Below are positions 1-15,000 of a stretch of DNA of 64,000 nt, in pieces. The notes below the pieces were generated by a model. It saw nothing but the letters and a program-made list of their open reading frames with translations, had not been told where the DNA came from and ran no database searches. Source of the DNA: Isurus oxyrinchus (Eukaryota); assembly GCA_026770705.1 (NCBI GenBank), contig JANJGN010000026.1, positions 5,828,001 to 5,892,000 on the forward strand, written 5' to 3'. The translations under genes were made by a program, and so were the position numbers. The first letter of the stretch is position 1; each line of letters opens with the position of its first letter.

Positions 1-3000
1 TGGGTTTCTCCCTCTCTCTCATTTATTAATTAATTCCTCCTCTATTTTCACACTGGGTTCCTGTGTCTTTATTATATTAATTAACTTCCTCCTCTGCATT
101 CTCACTGGGTTGCGCTCCTTTTCTCCAATTTATGAATTATATTCCTCATTGGTTTTCATAATGGGTTGCTCTCTTTCTAATTTATTAATTACATTTGTTC
201 GCTATTTTCACATTGGGTTGCTATCTCTCCCTCGAATTTATTAATTACATACCTGCTGCATTTTCACATTGGGTTGCTCCCTCTATTCTATTATTTACAT
301 TCCTCCTCTCTATTCGGACTTGGTTGCTCTCACTCTCTAATGTATTGAAAACATTTCTCCTCTATTTTACACTAGGTTTCTCTCTCTCTAATTTAGTAAA
401 TACATTCCATCTCTCTTTTCACACTGGGTTGCTCGCACTCGCTCTAATTTGTTAATTACATTCCTCCTCCATTTTTACAATGGGTTGCTCTCTCTCTCTA
501 ATTTATTAAAAACATTCCTCCTCTGATTTCACATTGGATCTCTGACTCTCTAATTTATTAATTACATTGCTCCTATATTTTCACACAGGGTTACTCTCCA
601 TAATTTATTAATTACTTTCCTCCTCTATTGTCACACTGGGTGTCACTATCTCTCTCCCTAATTTATTAATTACATTCCCCCTCCATTTTCACACTGGGTT
701 GCTCTCTCTCTCTCTCTCTCTCTCATTTAGTAATTACATTCCTCCTCTATTTTCACACTGGCGTTTTTTCTGTCTCGAATTTATTAATTGTATTACCCCT
801 CTATTTCCAGGATATGTTTCTCACGCTCTCATATTCAGTACATTCCTCCTTTATTTTCACACTGGGTCTCTCTCACTAATTTACTCATTACATTCCTCCT
901 CAATTTTCACACTGGGTTGCTCCCTCCCTCATTTATTAATTAATTCGTCCTCTATTTTCACATTGGTTTCTCATTCACTCTCTAATTTAAAATTAGATTC
1001 CTCCTCTATTTTCACACCAGGTTATTCACTCTAATGTATTACTTAAATTCCTCCTTTATTTTCACACTGGTTTGCTCTAATTTACTAAATACATTCCTCC
1101 GCTATTTTCACATTTGGTTACTGTCTCTCCCCCTCTCTCTCTAATTTGTTAATTACATTTCTACTCTATTTTCACACTGTGTTACTTTCTCTCTCTCTCT
1201 AATTTATTAATTACATTCTTCAACTGTTTTGACACTGGGACTCTCTCTCTCGTTTATTAATTACATTCCTTCTCTATTTTCACACTGGGTTACTCTCTCT
1301 CTCCCTGATTTATTAATTACATTCCTTCTCTATTTTCACACAGAGTCTCTCTCTCTAATTTTGTCATTACATTCCTCATCTATCTTCACACTGGGTTTTT
1401 CTCACTATTTTATTAAATACATTCCTCCTCCATTTTACACTAGGTTTTTTTCTCTCCCTCTAAATTATTAATTACATTCCATTTCTTTGTTCACACTGTG
1501 TTGCTCTATCCCTCTAAATTATTAAATATATTCCTTCCCTATTTTCAGAATCTGTCTCTAATTTGTTAATTACATTCCTCCTCTATTTTCACACTGGGTT
1601 GCTCTCTCTTATTTGTAAATTACATTCATCCTCCATTTTCACACTGAGTTGCTCTCTCTCTTTCTCTAATTTATTAATTACATTCCTCCTCCATTTTCAC
1701 ACTGGGTTACTCTCTCTCTCTAATTTACTAATTACATTCCTCCTCTATTTTCACACTGGGTTACTCTCTCTCTCTAATTTACTAATTAATTTCCTCCTCT
1801 ATTTTCACACTGGGTTGCTCTCTCTCTCTAATTTACTAAAAGCATTCCTCCTCCGATTTCACAATGGGTCTCTCTCTCTCTAATTTACTGATTAGATTCC
1901 TCCTCTATTTTCGCAATGGATTTCTCTCTCTCTCTCTCTAATTTAACAAATAAATTCCACCTCTATTTTCTGGGTTGTTCTATCTCTCTCATTTATTAAT
2001 TAATTCCTCCTATTTTCAAAGTGGGTTTTTCTCTCATATATTAATCACATTCCTCCTCTATTTTCACATTCGATTAATCTCTTTCTCTAATTTATTAATT
2101 ATGTTCCATGTCTATTTTCACACTGGGTTTCTCTTTCTCTCTAAATTATTAATGACATTCCTCCTCCATTTTGACACTGGGTTTCTCTCTCTCTCTAAAT
2201 TATTACATTCTTCCTCTATTTTCACACTGGTCTACTCCCTCTCTATCTAGTTCATTAATTACATTCCTCCTCTACTTTCACACTGGGTTAATCTCTCTCA
2301 AATTTATTAATTAAATTCCTGCTCTATTGTCATACCTTTTTACTCTCTCTCTCTCATTTATTAAGTCCATTCCTCCTCCATTTCCACAATGCATTGCTCT
2401 CTCTCACTCTCTCTAATTTAATAATTACATTTCTCCTCTATTTTCACACTGGGTTACTGTTTCAAAATTATTAATTACATTGCCCCTCTACTTTCAGGAT
2501 GCGTTTCTCACTCTCTCTTATTCCTCCTTTATTTTCACACGGGGTTGCTCACTCTAATTTATTAATTACATCTGTCCTCTATTTTCACATGGGGTTGCTC
2601 TCTCTAATTTACTTTTTACATTCCTCCTCCATTTTCACACTGGTTTGCTCTCTCCCTCATTTATTAATTAATTCCTCCACTCCTTTCAAATTGGTCTCTC
2701 TATCTCTCTCTCTAATTTATTAAATAATTAATTTATTAATTAAATTCCTCCTCTAATTTCACACTGGGTTGCTCTCTCTTCCTCTAATTTATTAATTACA
2801 TACTTGTTCTATTTTCACACTAGGTTGCTCTCTGTATTTTATTAATTACATTCCTCCTCTATTTTCACACTGGGTTTCTCTCTCTCTAATTTACCCATTA
2901 CATTCCTCCTCTATTTTCAAAGTGGTTTTCTCTCTCTCTAATTTATTAATTAAATTCGTCCTCTATTTTCACACTAGGTTACTGTCTCTCCCTCTCTCTC

Positions 3001-6000
3001 TCTAATTTATTAATTACAATCCTCCTCTGTTTTGATGCTGGGTTAGTCTCTCTCTTGAATTTCTTAATTACATCCCTCTTCTATTTTCACATTGTGTAAT
3101 TCTCTCTCTCTCTCTAATTCATTAATACCATTCCTCCACTATTTTCACACTTGATTACTCTCCCTCTCTAATTTATTAATTAGATTCCTCCACTTTTTTC
3201 ACAATGGGCTACTCTCTCCCTCATTTGTTAATTAGGCTCCTCCTCTGTTTTCACACTGGGTTGCTCACTCTCTAATTTATTAATTACATTCCTCCTCTAT
3301 TTTAACACAGGGCCGCTCTCTCTCCCTCTCTCATATATTAGTTACACTCCTTTACAATTTTCACACTGGGTTACTCACTCTCTCTCTCTCTCCACTTTAT
3401 TATTTACATTCCTCATCTATTTTCACACTAGATTACTGTCTCTCTCTGTTTTATTAATTACATTCCTTCTGTATTTTCACAGAGGATCACTCTGATTTAC
3501 TCATTACATTGCTCCTCTATCTTCACACTGGGTTGCGCGTTCTCTCTCATTTATTAATTAATTCCTCCACTCTTTTCACACTGGGTTTTTCTCTCTCTAA
3601 TATATAAATCACATTCCACCTCCATTTTCACATTTGATTACTCTCGCTCTCTAATTTCTTAATTATATTCCTCCTCTACTTTCACACTGGGTTACACTCT
3701 CACTCTCTAATTTATAAATTGCATTACATGTCTATTTTCACAATGGGTTAATCTCGCTCTAACTTATTATGTTCCCCCTCTACTTTCGCCCTGGGTTTCG
3801 CTCTCTCTCTAATTTATTATTTTAATTGCTCCGGTATTTTCACACAAGGTTACTCTCTCGAATTTATTAATTACATTCCTCCTCTATTTTTACACTGGGT
3901 TTCTCTCTTTCTCTCAATTATGAATCAGATTCCTCCTCTATTTTCACAATGGGTTACTCTCTCTCTATCTACTTCATTAATTACATTCCTCCTCTACTTT
4001 CACACTGGGTAAATCTCTCTCTAATTTATTAATTCCATTCCTCCTCCATTTTCACACTCGGTTACTATCTGTCTTGAAGTTATTGATTAAATTACCAATC
4101 TATTTTCAGGATGCATTTCTCACTCTCTCTTATTCAGTACATTCCTCCTCTATTTTCACACTGGGTCGGTCTCTCTAATTTACCTATTATATTCCTCCGC
4201 CAATTTCACACACTAATTTCCCTCCCTCGTTTATTAATTAATTCCTCCTCTATTTTCAGGTTGGTTTTTCTCTCTCTCTCTCTAATTTATTAATTACATT
4301 CCTCCTCAATTTTCACGCTAGGTTTATCTCTTTGCTCTAATTTATTAATTCCATTCCTCCTCCATTGTCACACTGGGTAACTCTCTCTCTGTAATTTATT
4401 AATTACATTTCTCCTCCATTTTCACACTGGGTTACTTTCTCTCTCTAATTTATTTATTACTTTCCTCCTCTATTTTCACACTGTGTTGCTCTCTCCCTCA
4501 TTTGTTAATTAATTCCTTCCCTATTTTCAGATTGGTTTCTCTTCCTCTCTCTTTCTAATTTGTTAATTACATCCCTTTATTTTCACACTGGGTTATTCTC
4601 TCTCTCTAATTTATTAAAAACATTCCTCCTCTATTTTCACACTGGGTTGCTCTCTCTCTCTCTCTAATTGATTACTTACATTCCTCAACTATTTTCACAA
4701 CGGGTTGCTCTCTTTCTCTCTCATTTATAAATTACATTCCTCCTCGATTTTCGCCCTGGGTTTCGCTCTCTCTAATTTATTACTTACATTGCTCCTGTAT
4801 TTTCAGACAGGGTTACGCGCTCAAATTTATTAATTACATTCCTCCTCTATTTTCACACAGGGTTTCTCTCTCTACCTTATTAATTATATTCCTCCCCTAT
4901 TTTCACACTGGGCTGCTCTCTTTCTCTCTCATTTATAAATTACATTCTTCCTCTATTTTCACACTGGGTTGTTCTCTCTCTATTTAGTTCATTAATTAAA
5001 TTCCTCCTCTACTTTCACACTGGGTTAATCTCTCTCTCTCTAGTTAATTAACTACATTCCTCTTCTACTTTCACACGGGGTTGCTCTCTCTAATTTATTA
5101 ATTACATTCGTCCTCTAATTTCACACTGGGTTACTCTCTCTAATTTACCCATGACATTCCCCCTCTATTTTCACACTGGGTTGCTCTCTCCTTCATTTAT
5201 TAATTATTCCTCCTCTATTTTCAGATTGGTTTCTCTCCCTCTATCTCGCTAATTTACTAATTAATTCCTCCTCTAATTTCACACTGGTTTAATCTCTAAT
5301 TTAGTAATTATATTCCTCATCTATTTTCACATTGGGTTGCTCTCTCTTCCTCTAATTTATTAGTTCTATACCTGCTCCATTTTCACACTGGGTTGCTCAC
5401 TGTATTTTATTAATTACATTCGTCCTCTATTTTCACACTGCATTACTTTCTCTCCCTCTCTCGCTCTAATTTATTAAATACAATTTTGCTCTATTTTCAC
5501 AGTGGGTTATTCTCTCCCTCTCTAATTTATTAATAACATTCCTCCTCTATTTTCACACTTGATTAGTCTCCCTCTCTAAATTAATTATTACATTCCTCCC
5601 TTATTTTCACAATGGGTTACTCTCTCTCTCTAAATTATTATTTACATTGCTCTTGTATTTTCACAATGGGTTACTCTCTCGAATTTATTAATTACATTCC
5701 TCTATTTTCACATTGGGTTGCTCTCTCTTCCTCTAATTTATTAATTACATACCAGCTCCACTTTCACACTGGGTTGCTCTCTCTAATTTATTAATAACAT
5801 TCCTCTTCTATTGTCACACTGGATTGCTTTTTCTCTTGAATTGATAATTACAATCCTCCTCTATTTTCACATGGGGTTACTATCTGTCTTGAATTAATTA
5901 ATTACATTACCCCTGTATTTTCAGGATGCGTTTCTCACTCTCTCTTATTCAGTACATTCCTCCTCTATTTTCATACTGGGTTACTCTCTCTAATGTATTA

Positions 6001-9000
6001 ATTACTTTCATCCCCTATTTTCACACCGGGTGGCTCTCTCTAATTTACTCATTACATTCCTCCTCTATTTTCAAACTTGTTTGCTCTCTCCCTCATTTGT
6101 TAATTAATTCCTCCTCTATCTTCACATTGGTTTCTCTCTCTCTAATTTATTAATTAGATTCCTGCTCTATTTTCACACACGGTTACTCTCTCTAATTTAT
6201 TAATTATATTCATCCTCTATTTCACACTGGGTTGCTCTCTCTCCCTCTAGTTTATTAATTACATACCTGCTGCATTTTCACACTGGGTTGCTCTCTCTAT
6301 TTTATTAAGTACATTCCTCCTCTATTTTCACAATGGATTATGTCTCTCCCTCTCACTCTCTAATTTACTTATTACAATCCTCCTCTATTTTGACACAGGG
6401 TTAGTCTCTCTCTCTCTCTCTCTCTAATTTATTAATTACTTTCCTCCTCTATTCTCACACTAGGTTACTCTCTCTCTCTCTCTGATTTATTAATTACATT
6501 CTTTTTCTATTTTCACACAGGGTCTCTTGCTCTAATTTAGTTATTACAATCCTCCTCTATCTTCACAATGAGTTGCTCTATCTCCCTCATTTTGTAATTA
6601 ATTCCTGCATTTTCACAATGGTTTTTTCTCTCTCTAATCTATTAATCACATTCCTCCTCTATTTTCATATTTGATTACTCTCTCTAATTAATTTACCAAT
6701 TATATTCCTCCTCTACTTTCACACCTGGTTACACTGTCTCTGTTTAATTTATTAATTACATTCCATGTCTATTTGCACACTGGGTTGCTCTTTCTCTAAA
6801 TTATTAATGGAATTCCTCCTCTATTTTCACACTGGGTTACTCTCTCTCTAAATTGTTACATTCCTCCTCTATTTTCGCATTAGGTTTCACTCTTTCTGTA
6901 ATTTATCAATTACATTGCTCCTATATTTTCACACAGGGTTACTCTCTCTAATTTATTAATTATGTTCCTCTATTTTCACACTGGGTTCCTCTCTCTCTCT
7001 CTCATTTATTAATTAATTACTCCTCTATTTTCACAATGGGTACTCTCTCTAAGTTATTAATTACATTCCTCCTCTATTTTCACACTGGGTCACTCTCTCT
7101 CTAATTTATTAATTACATTCCTCCTCTATTTTCACGCTGGGTTGCTCCCTCTGATTTATTAATTTTATTTTGCCTCCATTTTCTCACTGGGTTACTCGCA
7201 CTCTCTCTTATTTATTAATTACATTCAGCCTCTATTTTCACACTGGTTTCTCTCTCTCTCTCTCTCTAATTTATTAATTAGGTTCCTCCTCTACTTTCAC
7301 ACAGGGTTTCTCTCTCTCTCTAAATCTTTTTACATTCCTCTATTTTCAAACTGACTACTCTCTATCCTACTTATTAATTTCATTCCTCCTCTATTTTCAC
7401 AGTGGGCTACTCTCTCTCTAATTTGTTAATTACATTCCTCCTCTATTTTCACACTGGGTTACTCCCTCTTTCTCTCTTTATTTTATGAGTTACATTCCTC
7501 CTCCAATTTCACAATGGGTTACTCTGTCTCTCTAATTTATTAATTACATTCCTCTATTTTCACACTGGGCTACTCTCTCTAATTTATTAATTGTATTCCT
7601 CCTCTATTTTCACACTGGGTCACTCTCTCTAATTTATTAATTACATTCCTCCTCTATTTTCACACTGATTACTCTCTCTCTCTCTTACTTATTAATTTAA
7701 TTTCTCCTCTATTTTCACACTGGGTTACTTGCTCTCTAATTTATTAATTACATTCCTCCTCTATTTTCACACTGTGTTGCTCTCTCCCTCATTTGTTAAT
7801 TAATTCCTTCCCTATTTTCAGATTGGTTTCTCTCCCTCTCTCTTTCTAATTAATAATTACATCCCTCTATTTTCACACGGGGTTATTCTCGCTCTCTAAT
7901 TTATTAATAACATTCCTCCTCTATTTTCACACTGGGTTAGTCTCTCTCTCTCTCTAATTGATTACTTACATTCCTCATCTATTTTCACAATAGGTTGCTC
8001 TCTTTCTCTCTCATTTATGAATTACATTCCTCCTCTATTTTCGCCCTGGATTTCGGTCTCTCTAATTTATTATTTACATTGCTCCTGTATTTTCAGACAG
8101 GGTTACGCGCTCAAATTTATTAATTACATTCCTCCTCTATTTTCACACTGGGTTTCTCTGTCTACCTTATTAATTACATTCCTCCCCTATTTTCACACTG
8201 GGCTGCTCTCTTTCTCTCTCATTTATGGATTACATTCCTCCTGTATTTTCACACTGGGTTGTTCTCTCTCTCTCATTTATGAATTACATTCTTCCTCTAT
8301 TTTCACACTGGGTTACTCTGTCTCTATTTAGTTCATTAATTAAATTCCTCCTCTACGTTTATACTGGGTTAATCTCTCTCTCTCTCTCTAGTTAATTAAC
8401 TACATTCCTCTTCTACTTTCACACGGGGTTGCTCTCTCTAATTTATTAATTACATTCGTCCTCTATTTTCACACTGGTTTACTCTCTAATTTAGTAATTA
8501 TATTCCTCCTCTATTTTCACATTGGGTTGCTCTCTCTTCCTCTCATTTATTAATTCCATACCTGCTCCATTTTCACACTGGGTTGGTCACTGTATTTTAT
8601 TAATTACATTCCTCCTCTATTTTCACACTGCATTACTTTCTCTCCCTCTGTCTCTCTAATTTATTAATAACATTCCTCCTCTATATTCTCACTTGATTAG
8701 TCTCCCTCTCTAATTTAATTATTACATTCCTCCCTTATTTTCACAATGGGTTACTCTCTCTCTCTAAATTATTATTTACATTGCTCCTGTATTTTCAGAA
8801 TGGGTTACTTTCTCGAATTTATTAATTACATTCCTCTATTTTCACATTGGGTTGCTCTCTCTTCCTCTAATTTATTAATTACGTACCTGCTCCACTTTCA
8901 CACTGGGTTGCTCTCTCTAATTTATTAATAACATTCCTCCTCTATTGTCACATTGGATTGCTTTCTCTCTTGAATTGATAAATTACAATCCACCTCTATT

Positions 9001-12000
9001 TTCACATGGGGTTACGATCGGTCTTGAATTAATTAATTACATTGCCCCTGCATTTTCAGGATGCGTTTCTCATTCTCTATTATTCAGTACATTCCTCCTC
9101 TATTTTCATACTGGGTTACTCTCTCTAATGTAATAATTACTTTCATCCTTTATTTTCACACTGGGTGAATCTCTCTAATTTACTCATTACATTCCTCCTC
9201 TATTTTCAAACTTGTTTGCTCTCTCCCTCATTTGTTAATTAATTCCTCCTCTATCTTCACATTGGTTTCTCTCTCTCTAATTTATTAATTAGATTCCTGC
9301 TCTATTTTCACACACGGTTACTCTCTCTAATTTATTAATTATATTCATCCTCTATTTCACACTGGGTTGCTCTCTCTCCCTCTAGTTTATTAATTACATA
9401 CTTGCTGCATTTTCACACTGGGTTGCTCTCTCTATTTTATTAAGTACATTCCTCCTCTATTTTCACAATGGATTACGTCTCTCCCTCTCACTCTCTAATT
9501 TACTTATTACAATCCTCCTCTATTTTGACACAGGGTTAGTCTCTCTCTCTCTCTCTAATTTATTAATTACTTTCCTCCTCTATTCTCACACTAGGTTACT
9601 CTCTCTCTCTCTCTGATTTATTAATTACATTCTTTTTCTATTTTCACACAGGGTCTCTTGCTCTAATTTAGATATTACAATCCTCCTCTATCTTCACAAT
9701 GAGTTGCTCTATCTCCCTCATTTTGTAATTAATTCCTGCATTTTCACAATGGTTTTTTCTCTCTCTAATCTATTAATCACATTCCTCCTCTATTTTCATA
9801 TTTGATTACTCTCTCTATCTAATTTACCAATTATATTCCTCCTCTACTTTCACACCTGGTTACACTGTCTCTGTTTAATTTATTAATTACATTCCATGTC
9901 TATTTGCACACTGGGTTGCTCTTTCTCTAAATTATTAATGGAATTCCTCCTCTATTTTCACACTGGGTTACTCTCTCTCTAAATTGTTACATTCCTCCTC
10001 TATTTTCGCATTAGGTTTCACTCTTTCTGTAATTTATCAATTACATTGCTCCTATATTTTCACACAGGGTTACTCTCTCTAATTTATTAATTATGTTCCT
10101 CTATTTTCACACTGGGTTCCTCTCTCTCTCTCTCATTTATTAATTAATTACTCCTCTATTTTCACAATGGGTACTCTCTCTAAGTTATTAATTACATTCC
10201 TCCTCTATTTTCACACTGGGTCACTCTCTCTCTAATTTATTAATTACATTCCTCCTCTATTTTCACGCTGGGTTGCTCCCTCTGATTTATTAATTTTATT
10301 TTGCCTCCATTTTCTCACTGGGTTACTCGCACTCTCTCTTATTTATTAATTACATTCAGCCTCTATTTTCACACTGGTTTCTCTCTCTCTCTCTCTAATT
10401 TATTAATTAGGTTCCTCCTCTACTTTCACACAGGGTTTCTCTCTCTCTCTAAATCTTTTTACATTCCTCTATTTTCACACTGACTACTCTCTATCCTACT
10501 TATTAATTTCATTCCTCCTCTATTTTCACAGTGGGCTACTCTCTCTCTAATTTGTTAATTACATTCCTCCTCTATTTTCACACTGGGTTACTCCCTCTTT
10601 CTCTCTTTATTTTATGAGTTACATTCCTCCTCCAATTTCACAATGGGTTACTCTGTCTCTCTAATTTATTAATTACATTCCTCTATTTTCACACTGGGCT
10701 ACTCTCTCTAATTTATTAATTGTATTCCTCCTCTATTTTCACACTGGGTCACTCTCTCTAATTTATTAATTACATTCCTCCTCTATTTTCACACTGATTA
10801 CTCTCTCTCTCTTACTTATTAATTTAATTTCTCCTCTATTTTCACACTGGGTTACTTGCTCTCTAATTTATTAATTACATTCCTCCTCTATTTTCACACT
10901 GTGTTGCTCTCTCCCTCATTTGTTAATTAATTCCTTCCCTATTTTCAGATTGGTTTCTCTCCCTCTCTCTTTCTAATTAATAATTACATCCCTCTATTTT
11001 CACACGGGGTTATTCTCGCTCTCTAATTTATTAATAACATTCCTCCTCTATTTTCACACTGGGTTAGTCTCTCTCTCTCTCTCTAATTGATTACTTACAT
11101 TCCTCATCTATTTTCACAATAGGTTGCTCTCTTTCTCTCTCATTTATGAATTACATTCCTCCTCTATTTTCGCCCTGGATTTCGGTCTCTCTAATTTATT
11201 ATTTACATTGCTCCTGTATTTTCAGACAGGGTTACGCGCTCAAATTTATTAATTACATTCCTCCTCTATTTTCACACTGGGTTTCTCTCTCTACCTTATT
11301 AATTACATTCCTCCCCTATTTTCACACTGGGCTGCTCTCTTTCTCTCTCATTTATGGATTACATTCCTCCTGTATTTTCACACTGGGTTGTTCTCTCTCT
11401 CTCATTTATGAATTACATTCTTCCTCTATTTTCACACTGGGTTACTCTGTCTCTATTTAGTTCATTAATTAAATTCCTCCTCTACGTTTATACTGGGTTA
11501 ATCTCTCTCTCTCTCTCTAGTTAATTAACTACATTCCTCTTCTACTTTCACACGGGGTTGCTCTCTCTAATTTATTAATTACATTCGTCCTCTATTTTCA
11601 CACTGGTTTACTCTCTAATTTAGTAATTATATTCCTCCTCTATTTTCACATTGGGTTGCTCTCTCTTCCTCTCATTTATTAATTCCATACCTGCTCCATT
11701 TTCACACTGGGTTGGTCACTGTATTTTATTAATTACATTCCTCCTCTATTTTCACACTGCATTACTTTCTCTCCCTCTGTCTCTCTAATTTATTAATAAC
11801 ATTCCTCCTCTATATTCTCACTTGATTAGTCTCCCTCTCTAATTTAATTATTACATTCCTCCCTTATTTTCACAATGGGTTACTCTCTCTCTCTAAATTA
11901 TTATTTACATTGCTCCTGTATTTTCAGAATAGGTTACTTTCTCGAATTTATTAATTACATTCCTCTATTTTCACATTGGGTTGCTCTCTCTTCCTCTAAT

Positions 12001-15000
12001 TTATTAATTACGTACCTGCTCCACTTTCACACTGGGTTGCTCTCTCTAATTTATTAATAACATTCCTCCTCTATTGTCACATTGGATTGCTTTCTCTCTT
12101 GAATTGATAAATTACAATCCACCTCTATTTTCACATGGGGTTACGATCGGTCTTGAATTAATTAATTACATTGCCCCTGCATTTTCAGGATGCGTTTCTC
12201 ATTCTCTATTATTCAGTACATTCCTCCTCTATTTTCATACTGGGTTACTCTCTCTAATGTAATAATTACTTTCATCCTTTATTTTCACACTGGGTGAATC
12301 TCTCTAATTTACTCATTACATTCCTCCTCTATTTTCAAACTTGTTTGCTCTCTCCCTCATTTGTTAATTAATTCCTCCTCTATCTTCACATTGGTTTCTC
12401 TCTCTCTAATTTATTAATTAGATTCCTGCTCTATTTTCACACACGGTTACTCTCTCTAATTTATTAATTATATTCATCCTCTATTTCACACTGGGTTGCT
12501 CTCTCTCCCTCTAGTTTATTAATTACATACTTGCTGCATTTTCACACTGGGTTGCTCTCTCTATTTTATTAAGTACATTCCTCCTCTATTTTCACAATGG
12601 ATTACGTCTCTCCCTCTCACTCTCTAATTTACTTATTACAATCCTCCTCTATTTTGACACAGGGTTAGTCTCTCTCTCTCTCTCTAATTTATTAATTACT
12701 TTCCTCCTCTATTCTCACACTAGGTTACTCTCTCTCTCTCTCTGATTTATTAATTACATTCTTTTTCTATTTTCACACAGGGTCTCTTGCTCTAATTTAG
12801 ATATTACAATCCTCCTCTATCTTCACAATGAGTTGCTCTATCTCCCTCATTTTGTAATTAATTCCTGCAGTTTCACAATGGTTTTTTCTCTCTCTAATCT
12901 ATTAATCACATTCCTCCTCTATTTTCATATTTGATTACTCTCTCTATCTAATTTACCAATTATATTCCTCCTCTACTTTCACACCTGGTTACACTGTCTC
13001 TGTTTAATTTATTAATTACATTCCATGTCTATTTGCACACTGGGTTGCTCTTTCTCTAAATTATTAATGGAATTCCTCCTCTATTTTCACACTGGGTTAC
13101 TCTCTCTCTAAATTGTTACATTCCTCCTCTATTTTCGCATTAGGTTTCACTCTTTCTGTAATTTATCAATTACATTGCTCCTATATTTTCACACAGGGTT
13201 ACTCTCTCTAATTTATTAATTATGTTCCTCTATTTTCACACTGGGTTCCTCTCTCTCTCTCTCATTTATTAATTAATTACTCCTCTATTTTCACAATGGG
13301 TCACTCTCTCTCTAATTTATTAATTACATTCCTCCTCTATTTTCACGCTGGGTTGCTCCCTCTGATTTATTAATTTTATTTTGCCTCCATTTTCTCACTG
13401 GGTTACTCGCACTCTCTCTTATTTATTAATTACATTCAGCCTCTATTTTCACACTGGTTTCTCTCTCTCTCTAATTTATTAATTACATTCCTCCTCTATT
13501 TTCACGCTGGGTTGCTCCCTCTGATTTATTAATTTTATTTTGCCTCCATTTTCTCACTGGGTTACTCGCACTCTCTCTTATTTATTAATTACATTCAGCC
13601 TCTATTTTCACACTGGTTTCTCTCTCTCTCTCTCTAATTTATTAATTAGGTTCCTCCTCTACTTTCACACAGAGTTTCTCTCTCTCTCTAAATCTTTTTA
13701 CATTCCTCTATTTTCACACTGACTACTCTCTATCCTACTTATTAATTTCATTCCTCCTCTATTTTCACAGTGGGCTACTCTCTCTCTAATTTGTTAATTA
13801 CATTCCTCCTCTATTTTCACACTGGGTTACTCCCTCTTTCTCTCTTTATTTTATGAGTTACATTCCTCCTCCAATTTCACAATGGGTTACTCTGTCTCTC
13901 TAATTTATTAATTACATTCCTCTATTTTCACACTGGGCTACTCTCTCTAATTTATTAATTGTATTCCTCCTCTATTTTCACACTGGGTCACTCTCTCTAA
14001 TTTATTAATTACATTCCTCCTCTATTTTCACACTGATTACTCTCTCTCTCTTACTTATTAATTTAATTTCTCCTCTATTTTCACACTGGGTTACTTGCTC
14101 TCTAATTTATTAATTACATTCCTCCTCTATTTTCACACTGTGTTGCTCTCTCCCTCATTTGTTAATTAATTCCTTCCCTATTTTCAGATTGGTTTCTCTC
14201 CCTCTCTCTTTCTAATTAATAATTACATCCCTCTATTTTCACACGGGGTTATTCTCGCTCTCTAATTTATTAATAACATTCCTCCTCTATTTTCACACTG
14301 GGTTAGTCTCTCTCTCTCTCTCTAATTGATTACTTACATTCCTCATCTATTTTCACAATAGGTTGCTCTCTTTCTCTCTCATTTATGAATTACATTCCTC
14401 CTCTATTTTCGCCCTGGATTTCGGTCTCTCTAATTTATTATTTACATTGCTCCTGTATTTTCAGACAGGGTTACACGCTCAAATTTATTAATTACATTCC
14501 TCCTCTATTTTCACACTGGGTTTCTCTCTCTACCTTATTAATTACATTCCTCCCCTATTTTCACACTGGGCTGCTCTCTTTCTCTCTCATTTATGGATTA
14601 CATTCCTCCTGTATTTTCACACTGGGTTGTTCTCTCTCTCTCATTTATGAATTACATTCTTCCTCTATTTTCACACTGGGTTACTCTGTCTCTATTTAGT
14701 TCATTAATTAAATTCCTCCTCTACGTTTATACTGGGTTAATCTCTCTCTCTCTCTCTAGTTAATTAACTACATTCCTCTTCTACTTTCACACGGGGTTGC
14801 TCTCTCTAATTTATTAATTACATTCGTCCTCTATTTTCACACTGGTTTACTCTCTAATTTAGTAATTATATTCCTCCTCTATTTTCACATTGGGTTGCTC
14901 TCTCTTCCTCTCATTTATTAATTCCATACCTGCTCCATTTTCACACTGGGTTGGTCACTGTATTTTATTAATTACATTCCTCCTCTATTTTCACACTGCA

